The notes below the pieces were generated by a model that had not been told where the DNA came from, searched no databases, and saw only the letters and a program-made list of their open reading frames with translations. A stretch of 20,000 nucleotides of DNA from an uncultured virus (IMG/VR IMGVR_UViG_3300042887_000814) (taxonomy: Duplodnaviria; Heunggongvirae; Uroviricota; Caudoviricetes), in the IMG/VR virus record IMGVR_UViG_3300042887_000814, positions 55,571 through 75,570 of that record. One strand, written 5' to 3'. Positions within the stretch are counted from its first letter, which is position 1. Every line of letters starts with the position of its first letter. Below, piece by piece: positions 8,678 through 16,263 of this stretch. Made by a program: the position numbers and the translations under genes.

Positions 8678-9236
8678 CTGATATTAAATTCATATGCACA
8701 ACAACAAGATGCGCATAGGCAACTGCGTGTGACTTTTTAAAACTATAAGTTCCCTCTTCACGATCCCATATTGTTTTCGCGACATCGGCCCAACACTTGC
8801 CGATCAAGTGTTTCTTGCCTGGTCTTATCACAGCAAGAAACATTGCTAGTCTAGGTATAGTATTTACTGGTTCAGGCATCTTACGTAAAGTATTATAATG
8901 ATTACCCAAGTGTATTAGTTTTTCTACGATAGTAGGATCGTTGAACATGTTCCAATCGGGATCGTCCATTAACTCTACGAGATGCTTTTCATCACGCACT
9001 TGATTGTAAACGTGTACGTTAAGCAAGTCTAATTTGAGATATCCCCTATCTTCTGCTTCAACATAATCAATGCTCGACATATCGTTAACAGGATCATAAG
9101 GAATGTCTGTGACATACACACCAGTGTTATGTCTTTTAACCTCATCTTTGCGTATGCTGGCTTTGGTATGACTAATCAACGACAACAATTTATCTCTGTC
9201 ACCCAAGTCAATGTCAATATCACTCTTAAATTTCAT
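8658..9236 (-). CDS. Miniature DnaE-like (DNA polymerase III alpha, family C) catalytic-core protein, about 192 aa
   Basis: Collinear DnaE motifs SDIDID, RHNTGVYV, GYLKLDLL, LAVIRPG, YSFKKSHAVAYA. ATG 9236 overlaps the upstream TGA (ATGA). Confidence 0.85.
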   Translation of the reverse strand: MKFKSDIDIDLGDRDKLLSLISHTKASIRKDEVKRHNTGVYVTDIPYDPVNDMSSIDYVEAEDRGYLKLDLLNVHVYNQVRDEKHLVELMDDPDWNMFNDPTIVEKLIHLGNHYNTLRKMPEPVNTIPRLAMFLAVIRPGKKHLIGKCWADVAKTIWDREEGTYSFKKSHAVAYAHLVVVHMNLISDGLTIS

Positions 9237-9454
9237 GTCCACCTCAATATAAACAACATCGCTGCCTGCTCATCACGGAATCTATAATAATCGTACAAAG
9301 GAACTCCAGCAACAATACCTTGTGCTATATCAGTGCCATAACGATACCACTCACGATCAAACTGACCTATATTAGTTTCTAACCAAGGCACTACCTCTGT
9401 ATGATCATAGTAGGTTTTACATTCAAAGGGAAATTGCTGTTCAAATTCTTTCAT
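9233..9454 (-). CDS. Small paralogous phage protein (ExxxW...G / F...FxLxW family)
   Basis: EVVPWLETNIG...YRFRDEQAAMLFILRW; ATGA coupling at 9454. Confidence 0.7.
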   Translation of the reverse strand: MKEFEQQFPFECKTYYDHTEVVPWLETNIGQFDREWYRYGTDIAQGIVAGVPLYDYYRFRDEQAAMLFILRWT

Positions 9455-9672
9455 GCCTCGCCCCACTTCAACATAAAATAACTAGCATTGCTATCGTTGT
9501 AAAATGTAAACACAGTATATCTAGGAATATCTCCTATCATTTCATCCCAACGACTTTGATGAAATGCGAAATCAAAATCAGTTCCCTGCACCCAACCCAT
9601 GTCTCTAAGTTCTTGCACTATCTCTACTACTCTTAAAGGATTTATGTGTTCTATTACCACATCTCGGCTCAC
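9451..9672 (-). CDS. Small paralogous phage protein (73 aa)
   Basis: C-terminal FTFYNDSNASYFMLKW; start overlaps the exonuclease stop. Confidence 0.7.
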   Translation of the reverse strand: MSRDVVIEHINPLRVVEIVQELRDMGWVQGTDFDFAFHQSRWDEMIGDIPRYTVFTFYNDSNASYFMLKWGEA

Positions 9673-10217
9673 TTTGTAAGTCCCAACTTACGATATGCTT
9701 CTTGCACTTTGATAGCCTGTCGTTCAGCATCTTCTACAGCCTTGTGCGTAGTCTTATATCCACCGTCTTTAAGTTTTACATTAGCGACTTCATACAATGT
9801 CCTTGTATCACGCACCGTATAGAATGGCCAAGGAATAGGATTAGGCCTATCACTCAATACTTGACGGAACGCTGTCTCTGCTACAACAACGTCAAAACTC
9901 GCACCATTGCTCCATACTGCTCTGCGATTCCAACCGAACTTATATAGTTCTTCCATGCACTCGCGGAAACTGATTCGTCCCCTATCGCCCATAGCCTCTT
10001 CTTGTGCTTCAGGGCTTTGCTCTCCCCACCAACGAATCGTATCATCATTGATCACACGATTATGAATCTCAGTCTGGTCTTCGATAGTAGGACGTAGTTC
10101 AAGTTTCTGTACCACACCATCTCCATATGGATCGAAACGAACGACGCCAATGGTCAATATGACACAGTACGGACTTGTGTCAAGAGTTTCCATATCGATC
10201 ATAATATCATTTGCCAT
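9669..10217 (-). CDS. DEDDh 3'-5' exonuclease (T4 DexA / Rv2179c-like)
   Basis: ExoI IDMETL, ExoII WSNGASFD, RDTRT, ExoIII HKAVEDA. Confidence 0.88.
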   Translation of the reverse strand: MANDIMIDMETLDTSPYCVILTIGVVRFDPYGDGVVQKLELRPTIEDQTEIHNRVINDDTIRWWGEQSPEAQEEAMGDRGRISFRECMEELYKFGWNRRAVWSNGASFDVVVAETAFRQVLSDRPNPIPWPFYTVRDTRTLYEVANVKLKDGGYKTTHKAVEDAERQAIKVQEAYRKLGLTK

Positions 10218-10460
10218 TTATTCTTTCCATATCCTATACATAGTTATCAATTTGCTAGACCATATCTCTATAGTATATCCCCTAGTAGTACCATGAAAGT
10301 CCCATCCATCGCCTCTGCTACCAAAGTTTCTACGACACCATTTGATCACTTCTGCACAATTATCTTTGACTTCAAATTTAACTCTATCATGGTCACGTGG
10401 ATTATCATATACCACTGCATCTGCATAGTCAATAACAGGAACAAAATTACTATTAATCAT
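10218..10460 (-). CDS. Small paralogous phage protein (80 aa)
   Basis: EVIKWCRRNFG helix motif; tiles between neighbours. Confidence 0.7.
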   Translation of the reverse strand: MINSNFVPVIDYADAVVYDNPRDHDRVKFEVKDNCAEVIKWCRRNFGSRGDGWDFHGTTRGYTIEIWSSKLITMYRIWKE

Positions 10461-10722
10461 ATTTCAACCTAAAAATAAGATACTTCTGTTCGTCAGTTAC
10501 AGTATAATCGTCTGTGATCCCAGTATCGTTTAATACTAATTTAAAACCATACTTCTCTTCTATCCAAACAATGAATTCATCTGCATCAAAATTACGCCCA
10601 CCTTCGGTGAAATCTTTTCTGAGTTTTTTTAATGTTTCCCAGAAATCCCAACGCGCTTGACGCTTTTCAAAATCAGGATCATCGTCATCATAATCCTGAA
10701 AACTTTTAGGGACGTTTATCAT
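10453..10722 (-). CDS. Small paralogous phage protein (89 aa)
   Basis: EFIVWIEEKYG...VTDEQKYLIFRLKY. Confidence 0.7.
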   Translation of the reverse strand: MINVPKSFQDYDDDDPDFEKRQARWDFWETLKKLRKDFTEGGRNFDADEFIVWIEEKYGFKLVLNDTGITDDYTVTDEQKYLIFRLKYD

Positions 10723-11419
10723 TGCTAGACCAGATATTATCTATCTCTGACACTTCATCAATTATACTATGGTATAGATAATTAAACAACAATGCAGGTC
10801 GTTCTAATTGCCCATTATTTGGCATACTGCTATGTAACACGCGACAATTGTACATCAATAAACTACCGCGGGGCATATTATGTTGTTTGACATTCTGAAT
10901 GAACCAACGATCATAGTTACCACTATAACACTTGTGTATATCAAAATCGCGCTTTTGGCTAAACGGGACCAATCCAGTACTACCGTTATTTTCATTCAAA
11001 TCAGATAATGACACTATACATTGCACACCCAACAGTCGCTTGTCATAGTTCCATTTATCGAAACGATGGGGTGTGTCAACGTGAGGATTAACCCATGTGC
11101 TACCACTGTTGATGAATACACAATCGCTAGCATAATGTTTTAGATTAGGCAGATTGTGTTCTATGATAGGGTCGATATACTTCTGTATCTTCTTTACTTC
11201 GGGAAAGTCAGTCACAGATTGGCTCCACCATACGCTGATATCTTCTAAGTTTTTGATATCATCACGCTCGGCATAGACTTTCTTGCTACTGCTAGCACGT
11301 ACAGGGTACAGATCCTTCAATCTACTATTAAAGTCGGCTATCAATATTTCTGGGATAAAACTCTCCCATACTATATAACCCTCGCCGTTTTCAATCGTTG
11401 ATTTTACGTTTCTCATCAT
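10706..11419 (-). CDS. 2-oxoglutarate/Fe(II) dioxygenase, PhyH (phytanoyl-CoA dioxygenase)-like
   Basis: N-terminal GEGYIVW, HxD (PHVD), NGSTGLVPFSQ, distal His in GSLLMYNCRVLHSS, 2OG-binding Arg in RPALL. Confidence 0.85.
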   Translation of the reverse strand: MMRNVKSTIENGEGYIVWESFIPEILIADFNSRLKDLYPVRASSSKKVYAERDDIKNLEDISVWWSQSVTDFPEVKKIQKYIDPIIEHNLPNLKHYASDCVFINSGSTWVNPHVDTPHRFDKWNYDKRLLGVQCIVSLSDLNENNGSTGLVPFSQKRDFDIHKCYSGNYDRWFIQNVKQHNMPRGSLLMYNCRVLHSSMPNNGQLERPALLFNYLYHSIIDEVSEIDNIWSSNDKRP

Positions 11420-11637
11420 TCCCACACTAAACTAAAATGTATAGCATCTTCTTTATCTTTAAACATGAAATCCATGAACTCTTCTGTTGGATGGGTGATG
11501 AATTTATTACCCGGTAATCCAAATTGTTCTACAGCCCATATGCACGTTTCATCCCAACTATTTACCGTATCACCATGCTTCCACGGAATACGTATGGTAT
11601 ACTGATAATTATCATCCTTGTATGCGTGATATATCAT
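11416..11637 (-). CDS. Small paralogous phage protein (73 aa)
   Basis: ETCIWAVEQFG...FMFKDKEDAIHFSLVW. Confidence 0.7.
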   Translation of the reverse strand: MIYHAYKDDNYQYTIRIPWKHGDTVNSWDETCIWAVEQFGLPGNKFITHPTEEFMDFMFKDKEDAIHFSLVWE

Positions 11638-12341
11638 CAGTATCCTGCGGCTTTTAGTAATTCTTTCACTTCATTGATGATATTTGCTGATCTTTTGAAC
11701 TTGATAGCCCATTGTTCTGGATTGATATATTCAAAAATCATCTTTTGTTGTGTGACATCTAGACTTTCAATGAATTCTACTCCGCTAGTGCTATGATATA
11801 ACATCCAAGGACTTATTTTTCCTTTCGTAATCTCAAAGCATATTTTGTTACGATTACCATATCTCAACGTATCTTTGTTAGGAATTTTATCATTTTCTGC
11901 TAATGAGATACATGTTTCTATGCTACGTGCGATAGCATCTAGTGGATCCTCTGTCTTCAAAAAATCCATGATGAACTTAGTATAGTTGGTATCGCGATTC
12001 CAATTGTCGATACTGATCTTTTCTTTCAACAACCAATCTGCATATCTACTAGGATTTAATACTTGTGCTTCTACACAATAGTTACCGAACTTGACGAACG
12101 CTGTATAATATGCACTTTTAGCAAATTCCATATAGTCTTTCTTTGACTTACGGCTATGCTTGCTATAAAACTGCACAAAGGCTGCATGACCTATACGATT
12201 GCCATGCTTATCTTTATCCTGCCATCTACGCTTCGTCTCGCATAGATGTTTCTGCATGGTACTTTCTCTAATAAAAGAGCGACCACAGAAATCACAACTA
12301 TGCTCAGTTGCCGAATTGTTTTTCGTATTCTTGGATATCAT
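11637..12341 (-). CDS. Hypothetical protein with N-terminal C2H2/C2HC-like zinc finger
   Basis: HSCDFCGRSFIRESTMQKHLC; start uncertain (track gives 12380; ATG 12341 reduces the overlap). Confidence 0.7.
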   Translation of the reverse strand: MISKNTKNNSATEHSCDFCGRSFIRESTMQKHLCETKRRWQDKDKHGNRIGHAAFVQFYSKHSRKSKKDYMEFAKSAYYTAFVKFGNYCVEAQVLNPSRYADWLLKEKISIDNWNRDTNYTKFIMDFLKTEDPLDAIARSIETCISLAENDKIPNKDTLRYGNRNKICFEITKGKISPWMLYHSTSGVEFIESLDVTQQKMIFEYINPEQWAIKFKRSANIINEVKELLKAAGY

Positions 12342-12891
12342 CGTCTGTGATGAAATTACTAAGTGCTTCAATGTCATCAAAATTCATTTCTGGAAATTTT
12401 TCTGCTAGATATACCTTCTTTTTGTTCTCAGAAACATAGAGTTTGCTGATTTCATCTATCAACTCTTTATCTGCTTTGGGATATATCTTGCTATAATAGT
12501 CTCGTATGTCTGATAATTTGGCTGTATCTTTCAACTTTGCCACACGCTCAGATATTTGGGGAATCCATTGACGGAATTGTTTACCTAATTGCGGACTGGC
12601 AGAACACAACATCAGCCACTGTAGTTTAGGATGTTTACCTACGACCTCATTGAACATATGTTTATTAGCGAACTCATTTCCTGCTAACACATGGTACTGT
12701 TGTGCTTCAGTCTTGCCCTTGATATAACTAAACCATTTGATCAACATGAATGGATTGAACTTTTGTTTTTGTTCATCGGTCAGTCGATCATAATAGCCAT
12801 AGTCTTTATTATCTAATGCCGATAAGGCTTCGAACAAGTCGAAATCTTGTTTATCAAATTTTTCGTCTGCCGATACCTTTGCTTTAGCCAT
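12304..12891 (-). CDS. Probable clamp-loader small subunit (T4 gp62-like)
   Basis: FNPFMLIKWFS...NEFAN...HPKLQWLML...KQFRQWIP pattern recalls gp62 homologues; replication context. Confidence 0.55.
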   Translation of the reverse strand: MAKAKVSADEKFDKQDFDLFEALSALDNKDYGYYDRLTDEQKQKFNPFMLIKWFSYIKGKTEAQQYHVLAGNEFANKHMFNEVVGKHPKLQWLMLCSASPQLGKQFRQWIPQISERVAKLKDTAKLSDIRDYYSKIYPKADKELIDEISKLYVSENKKKVYLAEKFPEMNFDDIEALSNFITDDDIQEYEKQFGN

Positions 12892-12892
12892 G

Positions 12893-13192
12893 TCAGTTCC
12901 TTAGATGTTCGAATGTGATGATCTTACCGATCTCTTCACCTAGATCCTTATCGTCTGTTATGACATGCAGTCCGTGATTGTTGCGATCTTTGTGTCTGTC
13001 ATATGCTCTAGTCTCAATCACATGACCACCATTTGCACGATAAACGGTAAAATTCATGCCGTTACTTTCAATACTATTGTGCCCGCCGCGAATGGTAGCC
13101 GCCTTAGTGCTGACAGGTATTGCTTCAGAGTCATGTCTATTATCCCATGCTTCTATACATTTTTTAGCGAACCACTTATTAAACCATTTCAT
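12893..13192 (-). CDS. Hypothetical protein (99 aa)
   Basis: AAGGA RBS; tiles in the operon. Confidence 0.7.
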   Translation of the reverse strand: MKWFNKWFAKKCIEAWDNRHDSEAIPVSTKAATIRGGHNSIESNGMNFTVYRANGGHVIETRAYDRHKDRNNHGLHVITDDKDLGEEIGKIITFEHLRN

Positions 13193-13202
13193 TTCTTTTC
13201 CT

Positions 13203-13703
13203 TTAAAAAACTTGATTGTAATCTACGATCTCGCAGTTACGGCTGATCTCTTTAACAAAATATACACAACGGGGTTCAGGACCGTCATCGATAGGCACAC
13301 ACAAGAATTGTCCGTTGCGTAATCGAGGAGCATACCACGTGACATCATGATATATGTCAACGATCTCTACGGGCAAAAAACTTGGGCTGAAACTAGTTAA
13401 TGGATTGAATTGAAACGCATTAAATCCACGATCATTAAGACTACTCAATGGTAATGTTTCAAGGTCTCCGTGATCGGGTTCACCTATCAATATTTGCCAG
13501 TCTAATGGCATCTTGATAGTCTTGTCACCTATCCTCAACACAAGAGCGGCACTATTGAAACTCTCTACAAAGATTAATGGGATATAAAAATAATCTACGT
13601 TTTGTGGATTGCTGTTGTCGAGTATAGAAAAACGCAGATCGTCTATCTCATCCGGCAACGTCTCTAAGTTGTAATATATATTATCTAAGGTTAAAATTCT
13701 CAT
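13203..13703 (-). CDS. Hypothetical beta-rich protein, possibly a degenerate Hint-like fold (166 aa)
   Basis: Clear ORF with its own sigma70 promoter; the fold assignment is a weak pattern match only. Confidence 0.7.
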   Translation of the reverse strand: MRILTLDNIYYNLETLPDEIDDLRFSILDNSNPQNVDYFYIPLIFVESFNSAALVLRIGDKTIKMPLDWQILIGEPDHGDLETLPLSSLNDRGFNAFQFNPLTSFSPSFLPVEIVDIYHDVTWYAPRLRNGQFLCVPIDDGPEPRCVYFVKEISRNCEIVDYNQVF

Positions 13704-13709
13704 GTTGTT

Positions 13710-13738
13710 ATTCTACGACAAATGACATCAGTAGTCAA
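13710..13738 (-). promoter_or_regulatory. sigma70 promoter
   Basis: TTGACT-N17-TAGAAT, 6 nt before ATG 13703; the -35 lies in the last codons of uvsW. Confidence 0.75.
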
Positions 13739-15182
13739 GTTTCTCAAGCGTAAATGGATACCTGGCTTCTTTATAATATGCTTTTCGTTGTGTCAGATGG
13801 CGCTTGGCAAATTTACAGTCACTAGTGATATCCCAAATCTCTACCTGATCTTTATCTTCTGCCTTACGTATGCCTCGTCCAATACTTTGTATAACGCGGA
13901 CAAAGCTCTTTCCGGGCTCAATAAGAACCAGATTAAAAATACGAGGGATATTAATACCCACACTGGCCACACCATAAGTCGCCACAATAATCTTTTTATC
14001 ACTAGTCTTAACTTCATCGTATTCTTCTTTTCTTTCTGTGAGTTTCGTCTCACCGCTGATGAATACTGCATCATCTAACCTTTCTATAAGTTCTCTACCT
14101 GCATTTACGCGGTCAACTAATACCAATGTGTTGCCGCTATCTTTTATCTTATCAATCAATGCGGCGATCTTATCTAATCGTTTTTCATCTTCAAGCAAAT
14201 GTTTCAATTCGCTTTGATAGTTTGTGAATTCTACCCCGTCTTTCAATTGCACGATGTTCACATGACATTGTGCTAACACACCCTTCTCTTGCAATTCAGC
14301 CGCGCTGAGTTTGCCTATCACGGGTCCTAGACTTACTAGCAATGATACTTGTTCATACACAGCCTTAGGTATAGTTCCAGTCAGACCCCAGCGAATAGGG
14401 ATATGGCTGAAAGGACCTGTTAATAGTTGTTTCAATGCATCAGCCTTGGCCATATGTACCTCGTCAACCATGACACAAACAACATCCTCGATGAACTCTT
14501 TGATGTTGACTTCTGCTTCACCTGCTTTAGTGTTCTTCAATAAGTTATTGAGGCTCTGCCAAGTACAGATAGTATGCTGTTTATTATATTCTTTTCTGTC
14601 ACCGAAGTATACACCAACATCTAAACCAAGATTGATATAGTCTGCTTCAGTCTGTACCACAAGGCTCTTGTTAGGCACGATGACGATAGTTCGCCCATAT
14701 ATTTCTACACTCTTTGATAGAGCCGCAGTCATGATAGTCTTACCTGCACCAGTCGCTACCTCTTGAATGCATTGTGGATTCTTCAAAAAGTTGTTGACGA
14801 TCTCTACCTGATAATCACGTAGCAGAATTGGCTTACCCGCCTCGACATGATTTTTAGGCCATACACATTCAGAAAACGAATCCACGGACACTTCAGCGAA
14901 ACTGAAACTAGTCCGATATTCGCGCATGTCTACTAATTCAATATCGTAGTCGTACTCTTCTAGTATAGGAACGATATCAGGAATCAAGTTGACATATGTG
15001 CTACCGGCCAAACTACAATAACTAACCTTACCATTCCATCTACCGAGGCGTACCGCGGGCAGATAACGTGCGCCGGGTACTTCATGCTCAAACTTGCGCA
15101 TCAATGCCTTACGGCAATCTAACTCAAGACCTTCTATCTTGATGTTAACTTCATCTTTAATTATTATTTTTGCTTCTCTCAT
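13728..15182 (-). CDS. uvsW: SF2 DNA helicase, UvsW-like
   Basis: Q motif LRDYQ, Walker A ATGAGKT, DEVH, GLTGT, GINIP, QSIGRGIR. Confidence 0.9.
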   Translation of the reverse strand: MREAKIIIKDEVNIKIEGLELDCRKALMRKFEHEVPGARYLPAVRLGRWNGKVSYCSLAGSTYVNLIPDIVPILEEYDYDIELVDMREYRTSFSFAEVSVDSFSECVWPKNHVEAGKPILLRDYQVEIVNNFLKNPQCIQEVATGAGKTIMTAALSKSVEIYGRTIVIVPNKSLVVQTEADYINLGLDVGVYFGDRKEYNKQHTICTWQSLNNLLKNTKAGEAEVNIKEFIEDVVCVMVDEVHMAKADALKQLLTGPFSHIPIRWGLTGTIPKAVYEQVSLLVSLGPVIGKLSAAELQEKGVLAQCHVNIVQLKDGVEFTNYQSELKHLLEDEKRLDKIAALIDKIKDSGNTLVLVDRVNAGRELIERLDDAVFISGETKLTERKEEYDEVKTSDKKIIVATYGVASVGINIPRIFNLVLIEPGKSFVRVIQSIGRGIRKAEDKDQVEIWDITSDCKFAKRHLTQRKAYYKEARYPFTLEKLDY

Positions 15183-16171
15183 TTGATCTCTACCGGTGTA
15201 GAATTAGTTAAATCAATCACTTTATCAATCTTTTTCATGTCCATCGTTCCTGCTCTAGACGACATAGTTTTAAGTAGTACCCCGTTATGATTTGTACTTT
15301 CAATAACATTTGAGGTTATTCCTTCCTTAAGTAATTTGATCTTTAGCATATTGTGTATGACTTTATTATATAGTACTTCTTTGGCAGTAAAAACGTGTTC
15401 TACTTCTAGTAATTTTAGCCATTCTATCAACTTGTCTATATTCGTCAAATCACTAGTGACAAAATAAGAACTGGCAAAAACTTTCAACGGCGTATCGCAA
15501 ATTTCATTCGATATACAAATACCATATTGAGACAACTTGTACAAAGTCTTGGGATCATCGTCTAAGTGAATGTCTTTGATCGCATTACAAAGATGTTCAT
15601 TGATAGCAGACACATAGTAAAAACCATTCGTTCTTTTTAATGTAGGTTCCCAACTATAGTTCTCATAACCATCTACCACAGACAATAAGTTTTTGCACTC
15701 CGAAGAAAAATTTACAGTGTCAAAATATTCTTTTACAGAATTGACTGCTATCTTTAGCGCATAGGTTGAATACGTAGATTGATATACCTTTTTATCTTTG
15801 TCCCATACAAAGGTATTATCGGGCACTCCACGAAACTTAGTAACAAACTTAGTATTAAAAGGACTACGAATATGAATGTTATCCCCTTCTAGATAGACAG
15901 TAGCATCTAGGTATTCTTGAGCAGAATCGATTACAACAACATCCCATTTTAGTTCTAATAATTGTTCTATGTTGTGTCCCAACTTTTTTAATTGACGTTG
16001 ATATTTTGTGAGCAATTTGTCAAATAATTTATTTTGATTTGTAGTTACCCGACTATTAGACTTCACAATATATTGCATATTATTGAAGAAGCCAAAATCT
16101 TTTTTGCTCAGGTGTACATGTCCAGCAACCATGTAATGAAGTAGGTGTTCTCTCTTTCTGAATATCATCAT
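15179..16171 (-). CDS. Hypothetical protein with possible HARP-like domain (330 aa)
   Basis: IRSPFNTKFVTKFRGVPDNTFVWDKDKKVY resembles the HARP-like pattern; ATGA-coupled to uvsW. Second ATG (16168) may be the true start. Confidence 0.65.
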   Translation of the reverse strand: MMIFRKREHLLHYMVAGHVHLSKKDFGFFNNMQYIVKSNSRVTTNQNKLFDKLLTKYQRQLKKLGHNIEQLLELKWDVVVIDSAQEYLDATVYLEGDNIHIRSPFNTKFVTKFRGVPDNTFVWDKDKKVYQSTYSTYALKIAVNSVKEYFDTVNFSSECKNLLSVVDGYENYSWEPTLKRTNGFYYVSAINEHLCNAIKDIHLDDDPKTLYKLSQYGICISNEICDTPLKVFASSYFVTSDLTNIDKLIEWLKLLEVEHVFTAKEVLYNKVIHNMLKIKLLKEGITSNVIESTNHNGVLLKTMSSRAGTMDMKKIDKVIDLTNSTPVEIK

Positions 16172-16174
16172 ATC

Positions 16175-16203
16175 ATTTTAATATAATTAATGCCTACATA
16201 CAA
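16175..16203 (-). promoter_or_regulatory. sigma70-type promoter
   Basis: TTGTAT-N17-TAAAAT, 6 nt before ATG 16168. Confidence 0.55.
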
Positions 16204-16205
16204 AT

Positions 16206-16234
16206 AAAAAGGAGAGGCCCTTTTCAGGGCCTCT
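16206..16234 (-). terminator. Rho-independent terminator
   Basis: AGAGGCCCT-GAAA-AGGGCCTCT 9-bp stem with GNRA loop, then CCTTTTTATTT; downstream of the ATPase gene. Confidence 0.88.
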
Positions 16235-16263
16235 TCAATCCGCGGGCTACGGAGATGAGTCGT

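Noticed and set aside
8658..9672. Mini-DnaE as a frameshifted pseudogene with upstream ORFs as its missing N-terminus
   Set aside because: The upstream ORFs show no PHP or GRGS motifs and belong to the small paralogue family; the downstream gene is an intact def.
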